From an uncultured Chloroflexia bacterium (lineage in GTDB: Bacteria; Chloroflexota; Limnocylindria; Limnocylindrales; CSP1-4), in assembly GCA_963759495.1 (NCBI GenBank), contig CAVWZL010000003.1, forward strand, positions 43,234-107,233: a DNA stretch of 64,000 bases, read 5' to 3'. Both the position numbers and the translations under genes were made by a program. Shown here piece by piece: positions 20,953 to 33,835 of the stretch; positions within the stretch are counted from its first letter, which is position 1, and every line of letters starts with the position of its first letter. The notes beneath the pieces were generated by a model that saw only the letters and a program-made list of their open reading frames with translations, made no database searches and was not told where the DNA came from.

Positions 20953-23150
20953 GCCGTCGGATCGTGCCGCTCGTCCTGGCGGTGCTGTTCGCAGCAGGTC
21001 TGGTGGCCGCGCCGCCGGCAGCCCAGGAGGTTCGCGCGGCGCTGCCCGACCTCACGATCGTGACGAATGCGCGCTACGACGTGCAGCCCGACGACCGGCG
21101 CGTCCGCGTGACGGTCGACATGACGCTGCAGAACCGGCTGCGTGACACCGCGAGCCGACGCTTCTACTTCGACCGGGCGTTCATCGCGGTCCTGCCGGGC
21201 ACCACCGGCTTCCGGGTCAGCTCGAGCGGGCGAAGCCCGTCCGTGCGTGCCACGCAGCGGAACAAGGACTTCACGCTGCTGCGGATCAGCCTTGGACAGC
21301 GGTTGTTCAGCGGCCGTTCGGCGAACTACCGGCTCACCTTCGAGCTGCGCGACACGGGCGGTGCGAGCACCCGTGACGTCCGCGTGGGCACGTCGCTCGC
21401 GTCGTTCCCCGTGTGGGCGTTCGCATCGGACGACACGCCCGGCAGCAGGGTCACGGTCATCTTTCCGAAGGGCTACACGGTCGAGCAGGAGACCGGCAGC
21501 TTCCCCGAGCCGGAGATCGACGCGGAGACGGGACGGACGATCTTCCGCTCGGGTCGCCTCGACGATCCGTTGCGGTTCTTCGCGTACTTCGTCGCCGACC
21601 GGCCGGGCGCCTACGAGGAGCAGGAGGTCAGCGCGAACGTCGGCGAGACACCGGTCGACGTTGTCGTCCGGTCGTGGCCGGAGGACCCCGAATGGGCCGA
21701 GCGGATTGCCGGGCTGTTCGAGCGAGGGCTGCCGGCGCTGGAGAAACGGATCGGCGTCGGCTGGCCGCGGGACGGCGGGCTCGTCGTGCAGGAATCCGTG
21801 AGCCGGTCCACGGGCGGATATGCCGGCCTGTTCAATCCGACCAGCGGCGAGGTGGAGGTCGCGTACTACGCGGACGACTTCGTCGTGCTCCACGAGGCCG
21901 CCCACGCGTGGTTCAACGGCGAGCTGCTGGTCGATCGCTGGGCACTCGAAGGCTTTGCCTCGTACTACGCACTCGAGGCGGCCGAGGACCTCGGCATCGA
22001 GGCGACCGGGGACGAGCTGACCGACGAGCTGCGCGAGGCGCGGATCCCGCTCAACGCGTGGGGCCCGGTCGGCCGCGAGGAGCGTGCCACCGAGGACTAC
22101 GCCTACGCGGCGACGCTCGCGGTCGCACGCCTCATCGCCGAGCGGGCAGGGGACGACAGCCTTGCCGACGTGTGGCAGGCGGCAAGCGATCGGGCCGGTG
22201 CGTACCAGCCGCCGCAGGCCACCGATGCAGCGACCACGGGCGGCGACGACACGGGTTCCCCGGGGAATGCCGAGACCGTGACCGGGCCTCCCGACTGGCG
22301 CAGCCTCCTCGACCTGCTGGAGGAGCACACCGACCAGACCTACGGGGACCTGTGGCGCGAGTGGATCATCCGGCCGGACGACGCCGCGCTCCTGACTGAA
22401 CGGGACGCCGCGCGCAACCGATACGCGGCGGTCATCGACCAGGCAGCGGGGTGGTCCCTGCCACGGCCCATCCGTGATGCCATGCGCGCGTGGCAGTTCG
22501 AGGCTGCGACCGACCTGCTCGACGAGGCGGCCGAGATCCTCGAGGGTCGCGAGGAGGTCAGTGCGGCCGCGACCGACGCAGGCCTCACGACGCCGGACAG
22601 CCTCCAGACGGCATTCGAGGGCGACGACGGCTTCGGCGACGCGCGAACGCAGATCGACGCCCAGCTCGAAACCATCGACCGGTACGTCGAGGCCGAGGCG
22701 GCGCGGCCGGTCAACCCCGACCCGCTCGTGGAGCTCGGTCTGTGGGACGCCACGCCTGAAGCGGACCTGGCGGCCGCATCCGAAGCCTTTGCCGCCGGTG
22801 AGCTCCAGGTATCGGCAACCGCCGCCGATACCGCGCGACAGACGTGGCTCACTGCCGGCGAGGTCGGACAGGGCCGGGCGCTGGTCATGGCCGCGATCGC
22901 GGTCGGCCTCCTGCTCGCCCTTATCCTGCTGCTCGTCGGGCTCGTCCAGCGCCGTTCCCGCAGGCGAGCATCCCGGCTTGCCTTCGCGACCCCGACCGGT
23001 GGCGACGCGGTGGACACGGGTCCCGACGCCGCGCCCGCCCCGCACCCCGTAGAGCCCGCTCCGGCCCCAGACCCGGACCTCGACGCGACCCAGGTGCATC
23101 CACACCCGCTCCCGCCCGACGGCGCCCCGCCCGGGACGCGCGAGCCGTGA
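20949..23150 (+). CDS. membrane-anchored zinc metallopeptidase, Peptidase_MA_2-like (HExxH...EGxAxY)
   Basis: Signal peptide, HEAAHAWFNGEL...WALEGFASYYA gluzincin motifs, and a C-terminal TM helix (ALVMAAIAVGLLLALILLLVGLV) followed by a Pro-rich tail. Confidence 0.6.
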   Translation: MSRRIVPLVLAVLFAAGLVAAPPAAQEVRAALPDLTIVTNARYDVQPDDRRVRVTVDMTLQNRLRDTASRRFYFDRAFIAVLPGTTGFRVSSSGRSPSVRATQRNKDFTLLRISLGQRLFSGRSANYRLTFELRDTGGASTRDVRVGTSLASFPVWAFASDDTPGSRVTVIFPKGYTVEQETGSFPEPEIDAETGRTIFRSGRLDDPLRFFAYFVADRPGAYEEQEVSANVGETPVDVVVRSWPEDPEWAERIAGLFERGLPALEKRIGVGWPRDGGLVVQESVSRSTGGYAGLFNPTSGEVEVAYYADDFVVLHEAAHAWFNGELLVDRWALEGFASYYALEAAEDLGIEATGDELTDELREARIPLNAWGPVGREERATEDYAYAATLAVARLIAERAGDDSLADVWQAASDRAGAYQPPQATDAATTGGDDTGSPGNAETVTGPPDWRSLLDLLEEHTDQTYGDLWREWIIRPDDAALLTERDAARNRYAAVIDQAAGWSLPRPIRDAMRAWQFEAATDLLDEAAEILEGREEVSAAATDAGLTTPDSLQTAFEGDDGFGDARTQIDAQLETIDRYVEAEAARPVNPDPLVELGLWDATPEADLAAASEAFAAGELQVSATAADTARQTWLTAGEVGQGRALVMAAIAVGLLLALILLLVGLVQRRSRRRASRLAFATPTGGDAVDTGPDAAPAPHPVEPAPAPDPDLDATQVHPHPLPPDGAPPGTREP

Positions 23151-23187
23151 CCTCGCCCGCCGCACGGGTCGTGCGGGCAGGGGCTGC

Positions 23188-23195
23188 GGTACACT
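23188..23195 (+). promoter_or_regulatory. putative extended -10 (GGTACACT) for the NAPRTase-like gene
   Basis: Same motif as at 14588. Confidence 0.3.
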
Positions 23196-23283
23196 CGCGG
23201 CCACTCCGGCCGGGGTGTCGCCCGAGCCGTCCGAGCCGAGGAGGGATCGTGCGTCAGCGAGCGCAGCGACTGGACGCCGGCGC

Positions 23284-24324
23284 ATGAGCCGCCTGCTGCG
23301 GACCCGGCCGTCGGTCGAGATCCTGTCGGGCGATTCGGCGGACGTGTATTTCGCCCGGGCCGACAGCATCCTCGAGGCCGAGGGTCGGGATCCTCTCGTC
23401 ACCATGGAGGTGTTCACGCGCAAGGACGCCGTCCTGTGCGGCGTGGATGAGGCGAAGAACCTGCTGGCCCACGCCCTGGCCGACGCCGACCCGTCCGAGA
23501 CCTGCCTCGAGGCGCTCGATGACGGCGACGAGATCACCTCGAAGGAGATCGTCCTTCGGATCCGCGCCCGGTACCGGCGCTTCGGCCTGTACGAGACAGC
23601 CTTCCTCGGCATGCTCGCGCAGTCCACCGGCTGGGCCACCGCGGCGCGCGAGTGCGTCGAGGCGGCGAAGCCCGACCCGGTGGTCAGCTTCGGCGCACGG
23701 CACGTGCATCCGGACATCACCGATGTCCTCGACTACGCGGCGATGGTCGGTGGCTGCGTGGGGGCCTCGACACCCGCCGGTGCCCGCCTGGCCGGCCTGA
23801 ACCCGACCGGCACCATGCCGCACTCGCTCGTGCTGATCTTTGGCGACACCGTCGACGCCGCCCTCGCGTTCGACCGGCACATCGGCCCGGACGTGCCCCG
23901 GATCGTGCTCATCGACACGTTCAAGGACGAGGCCGAGGAGGCCCTCCGCGTGGCCCACGCCCTCGGGGACCGGCTCTACGGCATCCGGCTCGACACGCCC
24001 GCCGAGCGTGGCAGGGTCACCGCGGACCTCGTGCACGAGATCCGCGCGCGGCTCGACCAGGCCGGCTTCCACCACGTCCGGATCGTCGTGTCCGGCGGGC
24101 TGAACCCGGATCGGATCCGCTACTTCAAGGACGCCGCCGCGCCGGTCGATTCATACGCCGTCGGGTCGTACATCAGCGGCGCCACGCCGATCGACTTCAC
24201 CGGTGACATCAAGGAGATCGACGGCGCCCCGATCGCAAAGCGGGGCCGGATTCCGGGCACCACCGAGAGCCCGCGCCTGAAGCCGGTCGACATCGGGGCA
24301 TGGCGCGAGGGGCGCTCCGGCTGA
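23284..24324 (+). CDS. nicotinate phosphoribosyltransferase family protein
   Basis: NAPRTase-like fold (GTMPHSLVLIFGD, IRLDTPAERG, VSGGLNP). ATG inside ORF 23215..24324. Confidence 0.65.
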   Translation: MSRLLRTRPSVEILSGDSADVYFARADSILEAEGRDPLVTMEVFTRKDAVLCGVDEAKNLLAHALADADPSETCLEALDDGDEITSKEIVLRIRARYRRFGLYETAFLGMLAQSTGWATAARECVEAAKPDPVVSFGARHVHPDITDVLDYAAMVGGCVGASTPAGARLAGLNPTGTMPHSLVLIFGDTVDAALAFDRHIGPDVPRIVLIDTFKDEAEEALRVAHALGDRLYGIRLDTPAERGRVTADLVHEIRARLDQAGFHHVRIVVSGGLNPDRIRYFKDAAAPVDSYAVGSYISGATPIDFTGDIKEIDGAPIAKRGRIPGTTESPRLKPVDIGAWREGRSG

Positions 24325-24367
24325 CTTCCGCGACAGGTCGCGCGGGCCGTGCGACCATCGTGGGGAC

Positions 24368-24790
24368 ATGGAGTCGTCCCCGGCAGACCCCCGCGAAACC
24401 GCATACGACCTCCTGCAGCGAGGCGAGGAGCTGCTCTCCCGCCGGCACCACGCACAGGCCGCGATCGTGCTCGAGCGAGCGTCGCGGCTGGAGCCCGGCA
24501 AGCAGTCGATCCTTGAGGCCCTCGGGCGCGCCTACTACAACAGCGGTCAGCACGAGCGTGCCCGGGCGACCTTCGGCGACCTGCTCGAGCTCGACCCCTC
24601 GGCTCACTACGCCCATTACGCGATGGGTCAGAGCTTCAAGCGCCTGGGTCGCGTTCATGAGGCGCGCACGCACCTCAAGCTTGCGGTAGCGCTCAGTCCC
24701 AGGACCGCGCTGTACAGGCAGGCCCTGGCCCGTCTGCCCGGCGCGGAGTCACGTCTCGACGAGGACCGCCCGACCGCCTCGGAGGGCTGA
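24368..24790 (+). CDS. TPR repeat protein
   Basis: Three TPR-like repeats (AIVLERASRLEPGKQSILEALGRAYYNSGQHERA...). Confidence 0.55.
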   Translation: MESSPADPRETAYDLLQRGEELLSRRHHAQAAIVLERASRLEPGKQSILEALGRAYYNSGQHERARATFGDLLELDPSAHYAHYAMGQSFKRLGRVHEARTHLKLAVALSPRTALYRQALARLPGAESRLDEDRPTASEG

Positions 24791-24792
24791 GC

Positions 24793-25403
24793 TCAGCCGC
24801 TCCGCAGCCGCGCCAGCCAGAGGAGTGCCACGATCGATTTGGCGTCGGCGATCTCGCCGCTGTCGATCGCCGCGAGCGCGTCGGACCAAGGCAATCGAAC
24901 GAGGTGGAGTCGCTCGTCCTCGTCCGGTCCAAGCCGGTCCGCGTCCGCCGGCACCAGCTCGCTGGCCAGGTACAGGTGCATGAGCTCCGAGGTGAAGCCG
25001 GGTGCCGTGAAGAACCGGCTGAGGAGCTGCCACCGCCCGGCGCGATAGCCGGTCTCCTCCTCGAGCTCGCGGGGCGCGGCCAGCGCCGGGTCCTCGATCG
25101 AGCCATCGGGCTGTGGATCGAGGGTGCCGGCGGGGATCTCGAGGAGCAGCCGCTCGGCGGGACTCCGGTACTGCCGGACGAGGAGCACGCGCTCATCGGG
25201 ATCGAGGGCGAGGATCGCGACGGCCCCCGGATGCCACGCGACATCGCGGGTCGCGCGCGTGCCGTCAGCGCGCTCGATGGTGTCGATCCGGAACGTCAGG
25301 TAGCGGCCCTGGTGGAGGACGCGCGAGTCGACGACGCGCTCAACGAGATCGGCCCCGGCGACGTCGTCGTCCGGGGCCGAACCTGTTCGATCGGGGATTG
25401 GCG

Positions 25404-25407
<4 letters not shown>
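24793..25407 (-). CDS. NUDIX hydrolase (ADP-ribose pyrophosphatase-like); start probably non-canonical (CTG) or mis-called
   Basis: Nudix box EDPALAAPRELEEETGY. The N-terminal region (RVLHQGRYLTFRIDTIERADGTRATRDVAWHPGAVAILALDPDERVLLVRQYR) extends in-frame upstream of the ORF-track start up to the stop of the upstream ABC gene, with no in-frame ATG/GTG/TTG before an internal GTG (ERVLLV). A CTG overlaps that TGA. Confidence 0.6.
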
Positions 25408-26549
<1,142 letters not shown>

Positions 26550-26759
26550 CGAGTATTCCTCCTGTCCCGACCGGCGCATCGCGGGCCCATGCATCCAGCC
26601 GCCGCCGAAGCGGACGTCGTGGACGGGCCCCGTACGTGGCTGGCACGGGTTGGCCGCATCGTACGTTCGGGGTCCCGCGCGCGCAACCGGATTTCCGGCG
26701 TTCGCCCCCCGGCCAGGGCATCAACGGCATTGCGAATCCGCGAGACGGGGCCGTGGGCG

Positions 26760-26777
26760 CTACGCAATTTTGCGTAG
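26760..26777. promoter_or_regulatory. 18-bp perfect palindrome CTACGCAATTTTGCGTAG in the upstream region of the MsiK-like gene
   Basis: 8-bp arms with a TT spacer inside a 370-nt intergenic region. TTGCGAA also recurs 20 nt upstream. Confidence 0.3.
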
Positions 26778-26922
26778 GCGATCTCATGCAACTGCCGCAT
26801 GGCCGCCCGACCTACCGCACGGCGATGCTGTGCGAACGTTCTCAGGGCTCGCCCGCATCGGGACATCGACCCATCTCGTCACCGATGTCCCGACGCCGGC
26901 CGGCCCGGGACTCCCGTGCTCG

Positions 26923-27348
26923 CTAGTCGCCTGAGCGACGGGCCGCGGCGTCGTGCGCGCGGCGGTATTCCGACCGGAGCATCTCCACCCGGGCCCGAAG
27001 CTGGGTCGCGGCAGGGGAGCCTGCCTCGAGCTCGCTCAGCCGTCGCTCGGTATCACGCCATTCGGCGAGGACCGTGTGCACGTCGCGCGTGTTTGCCAGC
27101 GTCTCGATCGTCTCGGACCCGGCCAGCTCGCCCTTGCCCACCATGTCGCTGGCGAGGCGGGCCAGGTCGGTCTGCACATCGCTCGCGCCGAGGACCGATT
27201 GGGCCAGCCGTTCGATCTCCTCGGCCAGCTCGACGAGGCGTGGGGACTCGAGCGGCGTCTGGCGCTTCTCCATCTCGAGCTCGCGCAGGCGGTCGAGGCT
27301 GGCCAGGAGCGCGTCGGACGTTGCGTGCAGCTCCGGTTCGATGCTCAA
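26923..27348 (-). CDS. hypothetical coiled-coil protein
   Basis: Intact 141-aa ORF with no recognisable domain. Confidence 0.4.
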   Translation of the reverse strand: MSIEPELHATSDALLASLDRLRELEMEKRQTPLESPRLVELAEEIERLAQSVLGASDVQTDLARLASDMVGKGELAGSETIETLANTRDVHTVLAEWRDTERRLSELEAGSPAATQLRARVEMLRSEYRRAHDAAARRSGD

Positions 27349-27468
27349 GTCGCTGATTTCCCGTTCGGCGTCAACGCCTGGGCTGCGGGCGGACGCGGGG
27401 CCCGAAGCACGTGGACCCTACCAGATCGTCCGCCGATACGCCGTCCGGGGGATTGGCCGCGGGGCCTC

Positions 27469-27915
27469 TCAAACTGACCGTGCGTGCCCGTCCTCGCGGT
27501 CAAGGGAGCGTGCCAAACGCTCGGCCCTCGTGAGGCTCGCGACGGCTGCGGCGTCCCGGATGTAGCGCGCGAGCTGGCGCTCCCGCACCTCGTCCGGGTG
27601 ATGGAAGGTGAAGAAGCGAACCTGGCGAAGCTGGGTTCCGCCGAGGACGCCGTCGGGGTCGTCGATGAGATGGCCGTACTCGAACCCGAGGTGGACATGG
27701 ATCGGCTCGGGGGCGATGAACCCGAAGTACGCCGCTCGCCGGCCGACCGGCACGCGGTAGCCGATGAGCCGCCACCCCGGCCGAACCGCCTCGAGCGCGT
27801 CCGGCACGACGCGGTGGACGATGGCGCGCAGCCGGTCCGCGGCCTCGCGGATCGGGCCGGGAACCGTCTCGAGCAGCAGCTCGGCGGAGAGCTCGTCCAT
27901 GCCTGCATGTTCCAC
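27469..27915 (-). CDS. hypothetical protein (possibly YdhG/DUF1801-like)
   Basis: Intact 148-aa ORF. Confidence 0.4.
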   Translation of the reverse strand: MEHAGMDELSAELLLETVPGPIREAADRLRAIVHRVVPDALEAVRPGWRLIGYRVPVGRRAAYFGFIAPEPIHVHLGFEYGHLIDDPDGVLGGTQLRQVRFFTFHHPDEVRERQLARYIRDAAAVASLTRAERLARSLDREDGHARSV

Positions 27916-28017
27916 CCGAAGCTGCCAGGACCTGTCGCATATACCGGACCGGCCTTATTTTCGGGGTGGTTGGGCCCTGGTGTACGATACCCCCCAGGAG
28001 TATTGCTCGAGGACCCC

Positions 28018-30376
<2,359 letters not shown>

Positions 30377-30401
30377 CGAAACGCCTGTCAGTCGGCGTGG
30401 C

Positions 30402-31688
30402 TCAGGCCGCGACCGGCTCGCGGCGGATCCGGTCAACGGCAACCGGCAGGAACGCCAGCAGGGTCGCGCCCATCAGGACCACACCCCCGGCGAGGAGCCA
30501 GGCGAGACCGAAGCCGCCGACCGCCACGACCGGGATGACGAGGCTGCCGACGAGGCCACCAAGCATCTGCACGAGGGACGCGACGGAGAGGAGCGTCGCC
30601 CGTTGCCCTGCATCCACGCGCTGATGCAGCGCCTCGTTCTTGAGCGGGCCGGCGATGCCCGCAAAGACATAGACGCCAACGTACATGGCGGCGACGACTG
30701 CGAAGGCGGACCCGACCGCCATGCCGCCGAGTGCGAGCGCGATGAGCAGGGTCATCAGGGCGGCAGCACGTGGACCCGACCGCACAGCCGCGGCCGCACG
30801 GGGCGCGATGGCGGAGCCCCCGGCCGACCCGAGGAACGCCAGGGTCACCAGGATCCCGTAGGCACCGCTGGCCTCTTCCTCGCCACCGAGCAGCGCCGCA
30901 AACTGGAGCGGGGAGAGCAGCTCGAGGGCCGACAGGGCGAAGCTGAATGCGGCCATCGCCCCAAGCACGAGGCGGACCGTGCGGTCCCGCGCCGCGAGTC
31001 GCAGGCCCGCGGCCACGGTGCGTGGCACGTCACGCACCACGTCGCCGACGGCCGGCCGAGGGCCTGACCGTGCCGGCTCCCGCATGAGACCCAGGACGGC
31101 CACGAACCCGACGCCGGTCAGGGCGGCCGCGGCAAGGTAGGGGAGTGCCAGCGGCGTCAGCCCGAACGGCAGCGTGAGGCTGGCAGCGATCGTCGGCACG
31201 AACCCACCGACGACCGCGCCAAGGGCGAGCGCGGTTGCCTCCGCGGCCCACCCGCGCGAGATGCCCCGGCGCACCTCCGCATCGGGATCCGCGGCGTGGA
31301 CCGCGTCGACGTACCAGGCTTCGAGCGGTCCGCTCTGGAGCGAGCGTGCGACGCCACCGACCATCATGGCGAGCGCGAAGCCGGCTGCATCCTGCGCGAC
31401 GGCCATCCAGACCATCGACACGACCGACAGCACGCGTGACACGAGCAACGTGCGGCGCCGGCCGAGCACGTCGGCAAGGCTCCCCGTGGGCAGCTCGAGC
31501 GCAATGACGACGGCCGAGTACAGGGCGAAGATGACCCCGACCACGGGCAGGGCGACGCCACGGGCCTGGAGCAGCAGCACCATGACCGGAATGACCAGGC
31601 CCGTCGGCAGCCACTGGAGGGCACTCAGCAGCACGTATCGCCGCTCCGCCTGGACCGCGCTCAGCGGTGGCCGCACGTCGGGGCTCAT
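30402..31688 (-). CDS. MFS transporter
   Basis: 12-TM profile. Overlaps the upstream regulator gene by 4 nt. Confidence 0.7.
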   Translation of the reverse strand: MSPDVRPPLSAVQAERRYVLLSALQWLPTGLVIPVMVLLLQARGVALPVVGVIFALYSAVVIALELPTGSLADVLGRRRTLLVSRVLSVVSMVWMAVAQDAAGFALAMMVGGVARSLQSGPLEAWYVDAVHAADPDAEVRRGISRGWAAEATALALGAVVGGFVPTIAASLTLPFGLTPLALPYLAAAALTGVGFVAVLGLMREPARSGPRPAVGDVVRDVPRTVAAGLRLAARDRTVRLVLGAMAAFSFALSALELLSPLQFAALLGGEEEASGAYGILVTLAFLGSAGGSAIAPRAAAAVRSGPRAAALMTLLIALALGGMAVGSAFAVVAAMYVGVYVFAGIAGPLKNEALHQRVDAGQRATLLSVASLVQMLGGLVGSLVIPVVAVGGFGLAWLLAGGVVLMGATLLAFLPVAVDRIRREPVAA

Positions 31689-32290
31689 GGCTCGAGATCC
31701 TCGTGCCGCTCAAACGGGAACAGCTGGAGGTAGAGAGCAACCAGCGCTGTCGGCTCGCCGGCCTCGGTCGGGGGCGGCGGAGCATCGAGGTAGCGCTGTC
31801 GAACGGCGAGGAGCTCCTCGGTCAGCGCGCGCGTCTGCGACGGGGTCAGGCGGAGTACGTCGTCGGCCATGGTGGCGGCGCGAAGCCATGCGGGGTCCGA
31901 TTCGTCGCGACGGGCGACCCACCGCTCGTACTGCCGCACCGCGAGCTGGACCTGCCGTCGTTCGAGCGCGTCACTGACCGCCATGCCGGCCGGGTCGTCC
32001 GCAAAGTCCGCCGGCTCCCACGAGGTCTCGCGGCTGGCTGCCTGCCACCGCCGATCACGGCCACCGCGCGGATCGGCATCCTCGACGAAGCCGTATCGCT
32101 CGAGCTGGCGCAGGTGGTAGCTGGTCGACCCGCTGGACTCACCCGTTCGGGCCGCCAGCGCGGTGGCCGTCGCGGGGCCGTCAAGCCGGAGCATTGCCAG
32201 CAGTCGTGCCCGGAGCGGATGGGCAATCGCCCGGAGCGCTCGAACGTCGCGAACGACGGTCGTGGTGGAGTCGGACGCGGGGGATGGCAT
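31685..32290 (-). CDS. ArsR/PadR-like winged-helix transcriptional regulator
   Basis: HTH segment VRALRAIAHPLRARLLAMLRLDGPATATALAARTGESSGSTSYHLRQLERYGFV. The ATG is internal to ORF 31685..33022 and is preceded by an operator palindrome. Confidence 0.6.
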   Translation of the reverse strand: MPSPASDSTTTVVRDVRALRAIAHPLRARLLAMLRLDGPATATALAARTGESSGSTSYHLRQLERYGFVEDADPRGGRDRRWQAASRETSWEPADFADDPAGMAVSDALERRQVQLAVRQYERWVARRDESDPAWLRAATMADDVLRLTPSQTRALTEELLAVRQRYLDAPPPPTEAGEPTALVALYLQLFPFERHEDLEP

Positions 32291-32305
32291 GCCTGAACCG
32301 TACCA

Positions 32306-32325
32306 TTGCAAAGAATCATTTGCAA
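32306..32325. promoter_or_regulatory. operator-like inverted repeat TTGCAAA-N6-TTTGCAA in an AT-rich island
   Basis: Perfect 7-bp arms. It lies 16 nt upstream of the divergent regulator start and about 77 nt upstream of the LMF-family gene (GTG 32402, Shine-Dalgarno GGAGGG). Confidence 0.5.
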
Positions 32326-32401
32326 ACATACCTTTGCGAACGCCATCGCGGCGGCTCTGTGACCGATCGGCGACGATGACCGCACTCGCTGGAGGGTTGT
32401 C

Positions 32402-33835
32402 GTGCCTGCCCTGGAAGCACCGGAGTACGAGCTCGCGCGGTTCGTCATCGAACGTGGCCTCGGCGTCCTGTACGCCATCGCATTCCTCGTGGCGGCGCGC
32501 CAGTTCCCGGCGCTGAGCGGTGAGCGGGGCCTCGAACCGGCACCGCGGTTGATCGCGGCCACGACCTTCCGCCAGGCACCGAGCCTGTTCCGCTTCGGCT
32601 ACTCGGACCGGCGGCTCCGCGTCGTCGCATGGACCGGGTTCGTCGTCTCGATCCTCATCGTCCTCGGGGTTGCCCACGCCGCGCCGCTGCCCGTGACGAT
32701 GCTGGCCTGGTTCGTGCTGTGGGTGCTGTACAGCTCGATCGTCAACATCGGCGGCACGTTCTACTCCTTTGGCTGGGAGACGCTCCTGATCGAGGCGGGC
32801 TTCCTCGCGATCTTCCTCGGCAACGCCGACACGCCACCCCTGTTCCCGGTGCTGCTCCTGTTTCGATGGCTCGCGTTCCGGGTCGAGTTCGGGGCCGGTC
32901 TCATCAAGCTCCGCGGCGATCGGTGCTGGCGAACCCTCTCCTGCATGGAGTGGCACCACGAGACCCAGCCGATGCCCAACCCGCTCTCGTGGTTCTTCCA
33001 CCGCCTGCCACGCCGGGTCCACAGGGTGGAGGTCATCGGGAACTTCGTGGCCCAGCTGGTGCTGCCGTTCGGGCTGTTCCTCCCGCAGCCGTTCGCGACC
33101 GTCGCGGCGCTGCTCATGATCGGGACGCAGCTGTACCTGGTCGTGAGCGGCAACTACGCGTGGCTCAACTGGGTGACGATCGTGATCCTGTTCGCGGCCG
33201 TCGATGACGGGACGATCGCGGCGGTGCTCGGCGTCGCGCCGCTGACGGCCGTCCCGGGCAGTGCGCCGGACTGGTTTGTCGGCGCGGCACTCGTGCTCAC
33301 GGCCGTCGTCGTGATCCTCAGCTGGTTCCCGGTTCGGAACATGCTCAGCCCGAACCAGCGGATGAACGCCTCATTCGACCCGTTGCGCCTGGTGAACACG
33401 TACGGGGCGTTCGGGTCCGTCAGCCGTGAACGGTACGAGGTCGTGGTCGAGGGCTCGATGGACGGCGACCCGGACACCGCGGACTGGCGCGAATACGCAT
33501 TCAAGGCGAAGCCGAGCGATCCTCGACGCATGCCACCGCAATACGCCCCGTATCACCTCCGGCTCGACTGGCTCATGTGGTTCCTGCCACTCTCCTCCCA
33601 GTACGCCGATCCGTGGTTCATGCCGTTCCTCGCCCGGCTGCTGGAAGGAGATCGCGCCGTGCTCGCCCTCCTCGGTCCGAATCCGTTTCCGGACGCGCCA
33701 CCGGTGCAGGTCCGTGCCCGGCTCTTCCGCTACCGGTACACGAGCTGGGACGAGCTGCGCGCCACTGGCCGCTGGTGGAACCGGGAGGTCGTGGGGGATT
33801 TCGTCGGGCCGGTGCGCCTCCGGGGGACCGCGTGA
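32402..33835 (+). CDS. lipase maturation factor (LMF1-like) family membrane protein
   Basis: Polytopic, Trp-rich 477-aa protein. GTGA overlap with the downstream oxidoreductase gene. Confidence 0.5.
   Translation: MPALEAPEYELARFVIERGLGVLYAIAFLVAARQFPALSGERGLEPAPRLIAATTFRQAPSLFRFGYSDRRLRVVAWTGFVVSILIVLGVAHAAPLPVTMLAWFVLWVLYSSIVNIGGTFYSFGWETLLIEAGFLAIFLGNADTPPLFPVLLLFRWLAFRVEFGAGLIKLRGDRCWRTLSCMEWHHETQPMPNPLSWFFHRLPRRVHRVEVIGNFVAQLVLPFGLFLPQPFATVAALLMIGTQLYLVVSGNYAWLNWVTIVILFAAVDDGTIAAVLGVAPLTAVPGSAPDWFVGAALVLTAVVVILSWFPVRNMLSPNQRMNASFDPLRLVNTYGAFGSVSRERYEVVVEGSMDGDPDTADWREYAFKAKPSDPRRMPPQYAPYHLRLDWLMWFLPLSSQYADPWFMPFLARLLEGDRAVLALLGPNPFPDAPPVQVRARLFRYRYTSWDELRATGRWWNREVVGDFVGPVRLRGTA

Noticed and set aside
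20601-23720. Very long reverse-strand ORFs (1039 aa here; also 6283..9069, 11700..14060, 44072..46027, 40486..42306, 5697..7997, 50925..53825)
   Set aside because: They run antisense or out of frame to genes with clear homology. They are Arg/Pro/Gly-rich low-complexity translations, as expected from stop-codon depletion in 70% GC DNA, and they contain no recognisable domains.
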